Notes: a model not told the origin generated them from the letters alone. Positions 13,721 through 26,778 are shown, counted from the stretch's first letter. The stretch is 64,000 nucleotides of DNA from Lobosporangium transversale (GCF_002105155.1 NW_019028980.1:496001-560000), one strand, 5' to 3'. Made by a program: numbers and translations.

Positions 13721-14182
13721 CCCTTCCCCTTTCTTTTGTCTTTAGTTGTCCGAACATGGACTAGCTTTCTCTGATAACCTATCAAAGCCCTTTGGCTGTT
13801 ACACAAGCAGGGAAAAAAAAAACCTCTTCTCCCCCCCTTCCCTTTTGCAAATCCAATAAAAAATAAAGAAAAGCCCCCAGGACGGAGGTTTAACTCTGAA
13901 CAATAGAAATCTTGGACGCATGTGCCCTCCACCACAAAGTTGTTTGACATTTATATTCCGCATTGGCGTTTGAGGACCCTGTTCAAAACATCTGTTGCTT
14001 TGCTTCTTTTTTTTCCTTTTTTCCTTTTTTATTTTTTATTTTTTATTTTTTATTTTTACTACAATTCAAATATTAATAAGATAAAGAAGAGAAGAAGAGG
14101 GGAGAGGAAAATAAAAGGGAATAGAATGGAATGCACTATTTACTATTCCTTGGTATATGAACAAACGCTTTTTTTTTTTTTT

Positions 14183-14218
<36 letters not shown>

Positions 14219-14230
14219 GTTCGTTTGCTT

Positions 14231-17200
14231 CTAGTCATCTCCAATATCTTCACTGTAGGGTCTCATCTGAACCATGGCATTCAAGGTCACGACAGCACTC
14301 AGAGACAAGAATGTGAGCACAGGCATGAACCGTGTTCGGATCCATCGACCATGATGTACCGCATGAGTGAACTGACTTGCATGTGCTGTGGAACCAGCTG
14401 CCAACAATGCGCTCCGTTCGTTAAAGAGGGCTCGCCTGCTTCTCCTGCTACTGCTCTTCTTAATGTTGTTAGTGTTGCTATAGGATGCATACGAGTAGTT
14501 ACCACCGCCGCCGCCGCCACTCTTGGATCTGGATAACTTTAAGAAATCCTCCTCAAAATCATCCGTCATCCCGTCTTCATGGCCATCCATGCGGATCAAA
14601 TGCGCCCACACAGTCGTACCCATACACAAACAGCTCACTGCCAAGAACAATGAAGCGGCCTCCAGTCCCATACTGTCGCCCAGGTTCATCAACGACAAGA
14701 CCAATCCTACAAACAGCAACACAATATTCGCTCCAGACACTCCCCTCCAGAACCAACGACCGATCTTCGCTCTCAAACTATCAGATCTTCGAACACCATT
14801 CCTACCCAAGTAGGCTTGAGACTCCACATCATAATAATAAGGCTCATCGTTGTAGAACGGATTCCAATCCATAAAGATATCATGCCATTTCTGCGCCATG
14901 CTTCTCTTGAATGTCACACGCTTTGTGGTCCGTTTGTTATTGTTATTGTTATTGTTGTTGTTGTTGCTGTTGCTGCTGTTGCTATTGTTGCTATTGTTGC
15001 TATTGCCTGTCACCTGAGATGAATCGGATGAAACGGATCCATACCCATTGCTATGATTCTCTAGTGCGGTCAAATCCTCATTAGAACCATTTCTGCTCTG
15101 CATGCTTGAGAACGACCCATGCTTCTTAAGACAGCTGACCACAGGCTTCTTCACTTTAAGGGCGGAAGAATCTGTAAGGGCATTGCCATTCGAATTGGAT
15201 CCATCCACACCATTTTGTTGTTGCATCTGTTGTTGCTCCAACATCAATCGGTTCGCCACTAAATCCAGGACTTCTTCATCAAATGTAACAACATGGGGAG
15301 TATAAATCTCATTCGAGTCCAAAATACTCTTGCGAGAACGTTTGCTGTTGTCCTTATTCTTGAGAGCCGATACTCCCTTCGAGGATGCTGAAGGGGATCC
15401 ATTCTCAGAAAGGGATGTCGCAGAGCCAGAAGACCGACCCGAGGTCAATGTATCGTTCGTTCCAGAGTTCGAGTTAGAATCATGTTGGCTAGAAGACAGA
15501 TGAGAGAATCCGCCTGTCAACATCGCTGGCTTGCGGATATCACGGTCCATGTCCGACAACTATCATCAAACGATAAAAAATAATAATGATAATTAATAAT
15601 AAATAAAGATTGAATAAGCAATTGATCTATTCCATAAACAAATAATAATAACAATAATAACAATAATAGTAATAATAACAATAATAGTAATAATAACAAT
15701 AATAGTAATAATAACAATAATAGTAATAATAACAATAATAACAATAATAGTAATAATAACAATAATAACAGTAAGAACAATAATAACAATAATAACAATA
15801 ATAACAATAATAACAATAATAACAATAATAACAATAATTACGATAACGAGGTATAGAGTGTGTAAAGAGGCTCTTACCCAGAATGGCAATAGGGCAACAC
15901 GAGACTCATATAAGGTGGAGATCGCATGTAGGTCTTTAGTAAAATTAGGAACCATCTCCACAAGATGACTCCTTACAATCCGATCAACCCATCCAGGAAC
16001 TTCTTCCTGTGACTCTGCCAGCGTTCGGATTTGCATGATTGCGTAAGGAAATCGAACAATATCTTGGTCCCGAACATGTGGGAATGGATAGTTTTCTGCC
16101 TTCAAATCAACTGGATCCCATGGTCGCTCATACAACGCTGAAGCTCTGATCGGGTTCTCCCGAACCATCACCACATCAGTGTCAATCGTAATCCGGACCC
16201 GAGCATCTCCTGGCACTTGGAAAGCTGTCCTGTTGAAAAACACTTGAGTCACAGGCTGGAGACCATGCTCATGGATCTTGGATTGAACCTTTCGAGTTGA
16301 CTCTTCAAACTGTTGAATCTCCTGTTCAGTCTTTTGTCCTGACCGGCGCATTTGGTCCACAGCCTTGCTCAGCTTAGCGGTCCCTTGTAGTAACTTTGGG
16401 ACATACTTTGACTTTATCTGAAACCGATGTTTAGTCACAGAGGCATTATCTGACACAGACATGGACAGCGGTGTAGAGGATGGTGGTACCGTAGAGGATG
16501 ATGCGTCTACGGTTGCTGACTGGGTGTTTCTCTGTTGGTATTCGACCCACATCAGCTTCTTGTCTGATCCATACCATCGTAGGCGATAAGTTTCACTCTG
16601 TTCTCGGTTCTCGATCTGCCCCATATACATGTCAAAGTCCTTGTTGTCGAGATAAATGGTCGAGACTGGACTCTCGCTGGTAACGCACGAAGTCAGTTGG
16701 CTACTGGAGGTTGATCTTTCGGACGAGGCCAAAGATGATGTTAATGGTGGCTCATACACCACTAGAGGCAAGTACTTGAGGATCAGCATTTTGAGATCCA
16801 TGACACAATCGGGGTGAACCCAGAATGCGGTCTTCTTGGGTATGCATCCTGAATACTCCAGTTCCTCATCTTCATCTTCTGAATCGATTGACTGCGCCTT
16901 GGTGACGACGGGCACAGTTCCTGTACGAACGATGTTGTACAGACATGAGAGACGACTAACTAACAGAGCAAAGTTCTCTCGATGGAATGGCTGATTACAG
17001 AGAAGCTGATTCATGAAATATGGTCGAAGTGTAAAACCCGTGTGCTTGTCATGCTTTTTGACGAGTTTCAGAAATGCAGTATAGTTTAAACGTTGGAATC
17101 GAGCCAAATCCTGAAGATCATACGTAATTTTGTTGATCTCGGATTCAGTCTCAACAAATGAGGATAAGGTCAATCGTTCGGATGACTTTTCAGAGACCTG

Positions 17201-17605
17201 ATGTTGCTGAATTGTGTGTTCGCAGTGCTCTATCCTCCTTTGAATCTCTCCCAGTTTGAGTGCTTGAAATAAAGCGACCTATATGTTTCAAGAGACGAGG
17301 AGGGAAGGAGAAGAACGGATGGAGAGGTTCCGTTTTATGATGAAAATGAGTGGGCGATTCGGGGAGTGGAGTTGATCGTCATGAGAAAAACCAAGGGGGT
17401 TTGTATCAGATTAATCAGGCTATTCCTTGTCCTTTACCTTTTCTAGTTCTGCTGAAAGCAAGTTGATAAATCTAGTCTCATCTTCTTGAGTAAACTGTGT
17501 GTCTTGACTCTTGGATCGAATATGCTCCTTGAGGCCATCATAATCGACGTAATGATATTTCCAATGCGGTGCCCTGTATGTCTTGAGCTGCACGCCGAAT
17601 TTCAT
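14231..17605 (-). CDS. Vacuolar transporter chaperone Vtc4-like protein (SPX + VTC/TTM + 3 TM), divergent paralogue, about 965 aa. Exons 17605-17438, 17278-15878, 15559-14231
   Basis: SPX: MKFG...YVDYDGLK and LNYTAFLKLVKKHDKHTG. VTC: FWVHPD, IYLDN, RLRWYG, NRTAFQVPGDARVRITIDT, FPYA. Spliced junction LLPFW|LSDMDRDIRKP. TM region LMNLGDSMGLEAASLF and RFMPVLTFLSLSAVVTLN resembles Vtc4. Confidence 0.9.
15643..15848. repeat. Compound 9/18-bp satellite (AATAATAAC / AATAATAGT) in intron 2 of the Vtc4-like gene
   Basis: Read directly; explains the poly-Leu and poly-Ile/Val ORF artefacts. Confidence 0.92.
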
Positions 17606-20166
17606 CGCTTAGTGGGGAAAGAAAAGGCGGTGTGGTGGTTGCTGAAAGAAGTAATAATAAAAGGATTGAACAGAGGAAAAAAAAAAAAAAAAAAAAAAAA
17701 AAAGATGTAGTGCTGCTACGTTATTGAAGAGAGGCGAATAAAAATAGGAGCGGAAGAGAAGAAAAGGAAGAGGGAAAAGATTAGTATAGAATTTGTTATG
17801 CAAACAATACGTTGCAGTGAATTGTATTGTATTTTTGTATTCAATACCCCAAACACCAATATCCTTCTATTCTCCTTACTCCTTTCATCCCCTCCACATA
17901 ATTGTGCACGAAAAAACAGATTCCCATGATTATTTTCGCCACAAGAGGATATCGTCTTCAGTCCGTTTTGTGGAGTATTCATAGACGTTGGTTCCATTCC
18001 TTTTTAAGCTCAACAAGACCTTCTTCGTCATTGTCGTCATATTCATGTCTGTCGTGCTTTTTTTTTTTTTTTTCTTTTTTTTCTTTTTTTCTTTTTTTTC
18101 TTTTTTTTCTTTCTTTGTGCTCTGGGACAAACACCCTTTTTTTTTTTAAATGAGTAACAAAGAATATTTTCCTCAAGAAGGTTTGTATTTGGGGAGCTTT
18201 CTATTCCTCTCCCTTTTCTCCTTTTCTCCTTTTCTCCTTTTCTCCTTTTATCCTTTTCTCCGTATCCGGGATTTGCACCTGACAAAGAATATTTTTTTCC
18301 TCTCTTCCATTCCATTGTCCTGTCACTAATGGTATTTAGTCAAAACTTGCCTCGCAGTAAAAGAAGGAAAGAATAAACTCTTTGATCCTTGGACTATCTG
18401 TTGGATATTTGTTTGTTGCTGTTTATTTATGAGCAGGAGGAGGGGGAGGGGGATAAGAGAGAAAGAAAACTAAGGTCAGCTTGTGTTTTTTGTGTTTATA
18501 ATATCAGTCAGACAAATAGAAAGATGAATTGAGAGTAGGAGAGGGATAGGGATGGCAGTGGGTCGTTATTGGTCTGGTCTAAATTTCATATTATTGAAAA
18601 GCATTGGCCAATGCATCCTGAGCGAAAACCAGGCCCTTGCATTCCAATTGATATCTCGTTTAGACCAGCTCAACGTTCAATTGGAAATGAATCGAGAAAG
18701 CGAAAAAGATGCTCGGCTACTGCAACCAGCCTGAAGTGGAAAAAGGAACAAAGGATCAATGCAGAGCAAAAAAAGAAAGGACCTATCCAGACACACCAGT
18801 ATCAACGCTAACTTCAAGATGGATTGAATGTTTTAACAAACTGCTATGGGAAGCACAAAGTGAGCGAGAAAAGTAAAGAAAATGGAAGAGTTGTAATAAA
18901 AAAAAATAAAAAAATAAAAAAACAATGATAGCAATAATAAACAAGGAGTTGTCTAGAAACTCAGAAAAGAATGAGGTCTGTTCGCAACAAAAACCTTTTT
19001 GTTCCTTGATTTGGATCGTGTGGGATGGTCTGTTATAGTCTGTACACACCTGCATCGCGCAGATCTGTCTGTATCCCTTTCTTTTGCAATCCACGCTAGC
19101 CACCGGACAAAGTCTCAAGTCTCTCACCATCCAATGGAATGAACTCATATGTATCCATGTATCCATAAATAGGACAAACATTTATACTACCGTCCACGGA
19201 ACAGACAAACAACATTAACAAGGATGAATAAGGAAAAAAAAATAATCCGTGTCGTTGAAAATCGCGTCCTCTCTCCCTTTCCCGCTCCATCCTCCTCTCT
19301 CTTTCTTCCTCTCTCCCCCCTTTCGGGGAAAATAAACAATAATGCTTTAACAAAGTATTTGTATCAAAGCCAATAAAATAAATAAGAAACATTAGAGAGT
19401 AAGATGTGTAAGCCAATGTAAGCAAAAAAAAAAAAAAAAAAAAAAAAAGGAGAATCTCTTGCATTGCTACTTTAACCCCAGACAAACAACAATCCTGTTG
19501 GCCTTTGCTCCCTAAAAGAGTTTGCTCTCTTTTCTTTTTTGCTCGTGTGATGGTGGTGCAAAGATTCGGAAAATGAAACACACAGGCCATCTCTTTTTTT
19601 TTTTTTTTTTTTTTTTTAACTCGTATGCCCGTGTGCTGGCATTGTGTACATTGCCCGTGCTTGAATCCCTTCCATCTTGACCTCTGTTTTTTCTGCATGC
19701 TTATTTGCAACTTTGTACGCTTTGTTGTTTTTGTTTAGTACGAATCCTCTCCCTAGTCTCTCTCATCATCCCTTGTAAACAAAAAAAAAAAAAAAAAAAA
19801 AACCCTTTGGGCAACCACGCTTTTACTCTCTTATTCCCGCCTTAACTTGCACACACGTGCAGATGTCAAATCGCACATTCCAATTATTCCTTCCCATCCT
19901 CTTCCTTCGCTTGTTTATGTGGAATAAGATCTTTATAGAGGAAATGGATAGGTAAAATAAAATAAATTAAAGTAAAAAGAGATAAAGAGAAGAGGGAATA
20001 TCATCCATTCCTCTGTAAAGCGATGAACACACGGATGGTAAGAGGCATTAGCCAAGCCTGATATTGATGGATATTCAATAAATAATATCAAGTGCCCGGA
20101 CCAAAAAGGCCAAAGAATGTAGTTTGAAATTAGTGTATGTGTCACATTGAAAGGCGGAGAGAGGTA

Positions 20167-20197
<31 letters not shown>

Positions 20198-22055
20198 AAG
20201 GTCTGATACCTGGAGACTTCTGGAAAGACTAGGTCAAAGTTAAAATGATAGAGCAATCAAGAAGGTTAAGACTGAAAAGGTTCGAAGCAAATCAGTAAAA
20301 GTATAGAGGAATTTGATTAGAAGTTGAGAAATGGAAGTGGAGGGGAGAAAAAGTCGGATATGAACAGCGCAAAACTATGCATTCATTTATATATGAATGA
20401 AGAAAGTTGAATGAAAAGTGAGAAAGATGGAAGAGAGAGATGATGCACCGTTATGGTACCCAATGTATGTGTTTTGTATTCACGAAATGAGATCCCATTA
20501 TTGTCCCTTCACTTTCCCGTCACGTAACAAAAATAAAAAATAAAAATAAAAATAAAAAAAAATAAAAAAGGCATTAAAAGGATAGAAAGGGCAGTTGATT
20601 CAGGACGGGATGGCTGGAAAGAATAATGGAGAGAGCTGTCACCATGACGCTGGGTGACAGGCGACGAATATGAATAAATAAACATCAACCTCGTGGCTCA
20701 GTAGGTAGAGAAAGAAAAGCAATTGAAAAAGAAAAAGAAAAGGCCAAAGAAATGAAAACGTGTGGGGAATGTACAACAGATGACGCGGTAAACAAAAATG
20801 CGATGCAGGATCGGGAAGGGGGGCTCAAGAGATGCTGCAGCATCATCGGGATCTCCCCTTTTTTATCCTTCGCCTCCATTAGTCTTTCTGGAATGTATTT
20901 TCCCCCTACGGGACCGTTGAGCAGACAAATGCCAAATGAATGTAGATGTTGTGTGAAATATGGTGGTTTGGGAGGGAAAAGATTTACACTCTGTAGCCAG
21001 AGAGAGCATAGAAAATGTGTGTGGCGACAAAGATTAATTGATATGGAACATTTTGAGATGAATTTTCTTAATGCACTTACGTTATATTATGCGAACTTGG
21101 TAGTGTAGTGGATCCGAATAAAGTATTAGGCCTAAAAAGAGAAAAGACAGTGAATAGCCATATCATTAGATGAGGCAATAGTGTTATTATACATCAGAAC
21201 TGAAATGGTATAATTGATGGGGTCATGATAAGAGCATCGAAATCGATGCTAATATTGAATACTGTTGGAACCGATGAAGTAATCAGAAACTGTTTGTTTG
21301 GTGCAACCCACACTGATCCTCACTGCCTATTTGCAGTGTATTAAAAAATATGATATATTTGTATACTCTGGGATGAGAATCAACTGGGTGCAACTAATTT
21401 ATTCCATAAAACTCCCTTGTTTGTAAAAATGGCGAATGAAAAGGCAAGGCCATATTAATCAACACAGCTCACTTTATCCACCTTCAGCCACGATTATCAT
21501 AACGACTTTTTGGTCTCCGATCGACAACATTTATAAAAGAGGAGACGGATGTCAAGAATAATGTGGTCCGGTTACAATTTGCCATTCCCTTGACCACCTT
21601 GACCAGACTGACAAGAAAGAAAAAAAAAAAAAAAAAAAAAAAAAGAACAAAGCGCAAAGCACAAGCACATTGGATTTTGAAAACATTATGCTAAGCAAGC
21701 AGGTTACAGTTCAGGGTCACTCGCATTACTTGTTGATTCTGTCATTTAAGCGCTGGATCCAACATACATTCTTTCAAGTACATTTCTGCAAGAGCATGTG
21801 TAAATTAGAAAAACCATGGGCTGGACTAAGCCGAGAATAGAAGGGAAGGAAAAAAAAAAAAAAAAAAAAAAAAAACTCAAAAGCTAGTATGAATTATGAA
21901 TGATAAATAATGAAAAAAGAACGCTCAATGGAAGTGACTAAGCGTCATTCATTGGACGTCTTATGGGATTTTGGAATAGATGGTCCATACCTTGAAAAAT
22001 ATGTTGAGAAATAGAAAAAAAGTATCGAAAAAGGCAGGTGTTGAAGGTGTATGGC

Positions 22056-22196
22056 TGTGTGTGTGTGTGTGTGTGTGTGAATAAGTGATATCAGGATAAG
22101 AAGAATGAAGTGTTTTTGTGTAATGCAAATAGATACAAATGAATGTATGAGTATGTGTATGTGTGTGTATGTGTATGTGTGTGTATGTGTATGTGT
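22056..22196. repeat. (TG)n and (GTGTAT)n microsatellites
   Basis: (TG)12 at 22056-22079 and a mixed GTGTAT/GT tract at about 22144-22196. Confidence 0.85.
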
Positions 22197-23505
22197 TTGG
22201 TAAGAGAGAGGAGGAGAGGAGAGAGGGGATTGATGTGAGAATGCAATGGAAGGTGCCTTAAAGGGTGAATGAGTATTTACACGAATATGTATACTTGCAA
22301 ATGCAATGCAGAAGATAGGCTGTTGACGATGGAAAGGAAAGAAGGAAAGGAAGAGCCGCGATTGAAAGGAAAGGAAAAGAGAAAAAGAAGAAAGACGAAG
22401 GGAGGGAGAATCACCTTCCCTTTTATATTATGTGCCTTTCTACCATATGAAAACATGTCTGTCAAAAAGGGTTGAAAAAAGGGTTCTGGTGGCGATAGTG
22501 ATGAAAGCTGTTGTTGACAACAGACTGCGGATTGAATGTGTTTTTACTCTGCAATTGAATAGAAGGCAATAGATCCTTTTATTCGATTAACATTCTATAT
22601 AACATTACACCCAGAACTCTCGATCAATCTTATAAAAAAAATAAAAAAATAAAAAAAACTGCGATCCAATCCATCACTTTCGATGATAGTCCAAAACAAA
22701 ATACACACATTCTCGGCATATTTGTCCTTCAAACATCCATCTCATAAACATCCATCGTCCCTTTCATTTGGTCTGAATCCCAAGTATTTCTTAATCAAAA
22801 ATTAGTGATTGAATCGACGTGGTGGCTGATCCCTTACTTCTCCTTAAACAGATTAATCGGCCGCCAATACAGTCAAGGCTATTCATTATATATATATATA
22901 TATATATAATATATATCACTGACCGAATGTGTTTGAATAAATATATATTTAAATATATATACTTCAATCTGTCAATCATGGCGCAGAGCGAATCGTAGAC
23001 TAGGCCTCGAGTATCCATTTCTCATTGATTCATGCGCCCGTTGCTTTACTTTACACCCATCACCTTCCCGGTCTGATCTAAACTGTAATATGGCTATCCT
23101 TTTCATTCGCTCCCTACCGCCCTCCTTCGCCCTCTCGCCCCCATCCTTCCTTTGTCTTCTTTCTTCAAGATATCTTTTCACCATTGATTCACTACTCTCT
23201 TTTCAAAGGCTTAGTTATTTAATAGCACAATGGCATGTAGATCACTCTTTTTCATCCGACTCTTCTTTGTCCATTTGTGATTATTCACATTTGACTATCA
23301 TATTGCACACATTGATGAAACTACTCCGTTCCAACGGCGAAAAGTGTGCCTTTGCTTTCATTCTTATGCGAATTACGGAATTTTTACTTGAGACCTGAAC
23401 TTGGGCAGTCATCAACATGGGGCCACATTGTCTGGTCGGAGATGAGTTTTCGTCTTTTTTACTTGCTAAGAGTTAAAGATTCATCAAGAGCCATAGTCAA
23501 ATTTA

Positions 23506-23536
<31 letters not shown>

Positions 23537-24538
23537 TAATAAGAAATGATAAGCACTACGGTACTCATTATTGTCACTCTATGAATATATTATATACACA
23601 GACACATTCAACTCCAATGGATGATATCGATTTAGAAAACCGCTTTCTTTTTTTTTCTTTTTTTTTTTTTTTTGCTCCGTCTAAACTATTGCACGAATGA
23701 TACGAGAAAGAGACTTTTGGATCCATATGGATAAAAACGTACACACACACAACATTTACCAAGGATGAAATACAAAGTTAGGCTGTCTTTCAAATGCTCA
23801 ATCAATCGCGCAAATGGCTTTGTACGACCCCACACGACCAAATTCGCAGTAATAACGAACTTCCTTTCAACTTGCTCATCAATAGAAAACCTTCCCCCTC
23901 CCCTCCCCCTTCGAGCGTATTTTTTTTTTTTCTCTCCTGTTCTTTAGTTGACTTTAGTGGCTACATTAAATAGGCAGAATATCTCAAACAACAATAACAT
24001 AAAAAAACAGACTGAAAAATCTACCACTACAGTGGAAAATGGTTTTGAGGAGAAATAAAGAAAAAGAAAAAGAAAAAGAAAGAGCTCCTTTATGTGTATG
24101 GAATAGTACGGGACAAACGAAGTCATCCACTCCCCCGTCCTAACCAAGCTACTGTATTGAGCATCGCCTCCTATATAAACACCATGTGTGCATGGTGTAC
24201 CTTCTGTACCCCTATCTAGACTCTATTTTGTTGATTCCTTGTTTTTCTCTCTATCTCTCTATCTCTCTCTCTCTCTCTCTCTCTTTGAGAGTCTAATGGA
24301 TGGAATGGAAAAAAAGAAGGCGGTCGTGGTTACTGTTTATTCTTTTTTTTATCCTTACGTCCCATAGATGTTCCATAATACTAAATAAGCAAGAAAGCTC
24401 TGCTGCTTTGTTGCCTGATTAAATAGCTATAGTAGATTTACAGAAACATTGGATATGGCCGGAAAAGCTACATTGATCATCGTACTTGTTTGTTTTTGTT
24501 AAAGGCATCATTCCAATTGCCTCGGCTGTCAGCTGTCT

Positions 24539-24574
<36 letters not shown>

Positions 24575-24817
24575 GCCTTCACCGAGCCACACGACATGGC
24601 CCGCGATAGCTTTGTATTTTATGGGACATTTAAAATATGAACAAAAAAAAAAAAAAAAAAAAAAAAGTACGCAATGGAAAAAAGTTTCTTGTTCGTGTTA
24701 AGCTATATTTCGGCTTCTTGATTGACCATGAGTGATGAATATGTCCATGCACTCATTTAGGGGGTCAAACCCCAGGGAATGAAAAGAAATAAAAAAAAAT
24801 AATACAAACAATACTAT

Positions 24818-24870
<53 letters not shown>
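24818..24870. repeat. (TAC)n trinucleotide microsatellite, about 17 copies
   Basis: Read directly from the sequence. Confidence 0.93.
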
Positions 24871-26526
24871 TTAATAATAGTGTATAATAATAACAGTATA
24901 TAATAATAACAGTATATAAATAATAGTGATATTAGAAAGGGTGCAAGAATGGAGGTATCGTTCATAAGGATTGGATTCAGGTCAGGGATCTAGAGCTGGA
25001 TAAATCATAAAGAACGAAGAAGGCTAAATTGTGTAACTAACTTGTCCATTTTGGTTAATTGGAATGCAACTCCATCGATCAAGTACGATATCGCTCAAAA
25101 CCCTGACTTGAGCAAAAAAAAAAAAAAAAAAAAAAAAAAAGATTTGGATAATTGAGCTTTGGTTGTAAGCAAAGAATGCTGTGTCCATAAAATGAAGACT
25201 ACAAATAAAGTGCCACGGATACAAATCGTGTCTGCGCCTGTTATCTCCATTAACATTTGACAATTCACATCCTTGGGTTTTCTTTTTTTCTTTTTCTTTG
25301 ACTTTTGAGATATAATCAGGCCACTTTCCTGTTTTAGAAAAACGGGCGATAACGAGAACGTAGCGCAGATGACTATAAGCAACGGATTATCAACATGCAT
25401 TATGCTTTATGCTATGCGATCAAGCTGTGGTTTAAAGAAAAAAAAAAAAAAAAAAAAAAAAAAAAAGCCAGTAAAGACCATGGATGCATATTGGGCGCAT
25501 ATATTCTTTATCCTTTTGATCCTATTACACTATTTTTCATTATGGCGCCCTTCTGTCGTGGATTTCACGTTCCCTTGGTTTTTTATTAAACAGCAATTTA
25601 GCAATGCTTTATACATAACCACACAATCGTCTTTCTATTCATATTTGGTCTATCTGCGACAAAATACATGTATTGTAGATAATCTAGTCATGACTCTTGA
25701 GGAAAATAAGCTCATTCTGTTATGCCCAAGACTGCTGCATCTTTTTTCCAATGCTCTTTTTTTTTTTTTTTTTTTTTTTTCTTTGCAAACTCTTCCTTCT
25801 CTCTCGTCTGATCATCTGTACGCTTTCTTCTTCTCAAAGGGACCATTTTCCTCATTAATTAGCTTTTTTTTTTTTTTTTTTTTTTTTGTTGTTGATGTGT
25901 TTGTATGGTTAGGCTGGTATTATTTGGTGTTTATGTCGCCGCATTTATTTAGTCGTGTGACATTTTCTTTGTTCTTATGAGAAATTCTCTAAATTGCCAT
26001 TGCTCCAAAGGTTCTGGACCCATTTGTCTTTTTTAAACATACTTTCTGATTATTTTTTTTTTCTTTCTTTTTCTAGCGTTTTCTACGCTTTCGAATATAA
26101 TTCCTATTTCCCCAGATATATATTTTCTTTATTTTTGGTTAGAGGAAGAAGGCTAATGTATTCGGTTAATAAATTAAAGTTTATTTCCACATTGGCTTCA
26201 GCGCCGCTGCTTTGGCGGACTTTATTATTATTAGTTCGTCACGTCAGTTTCAACCTATGAATGTAACGGATGAACTTTGCTTGTGAGAAAAAAAAAAAAA
26301 AAAAAATGTTTATAGATAAATAATATATATATCTATATAATATATGTATAAATGTAATCTTTTGAATACCAGATGAATCATTAATTAAAATGAAAGAAGA
26401 GATGGAACAATAGAAACATGTCCTATATCTTTTATGGCCTTCAAGGGGCTTCTGAATTACAGTGAAGGACGAGATTGGGCGAATGTGAAAAACAAAAAGA
26501 GGAGGATCGAGAGATAGAGAGAGGGG

Positions 26527-26561
<35 letters not shown>

Positions 26562-26746
26562 TCGCCGGACTAATATCTGACATGCAAGATTTACTTGCAG
26601 CATCAACAAAAAGCCGTTCATAAAATGTTTGCCATGGCTAACTGGATTATTCCCATGGCAATTCATGCAATTCATTCAAATTTTTTTTTTTTTTTTTTTT
26701 TTTTCACTTGTTTTTTTTCCTTCATGATTTGTGTACAGGCAGTTGA

Positions 26747-26778
<32 letters not shown>

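Noticed and set aside
15517..15834. 105-aa poly-Leu ORF
   Set aside because: It is an alternative frame of the intronic satellite in the Vtc4-like gene.
21233..21250. Inverted repeat AGCATCGA-aa-TCGATGCT
   Set aside because: A single 8-bp stem with no supporting structure or target-site duplication.
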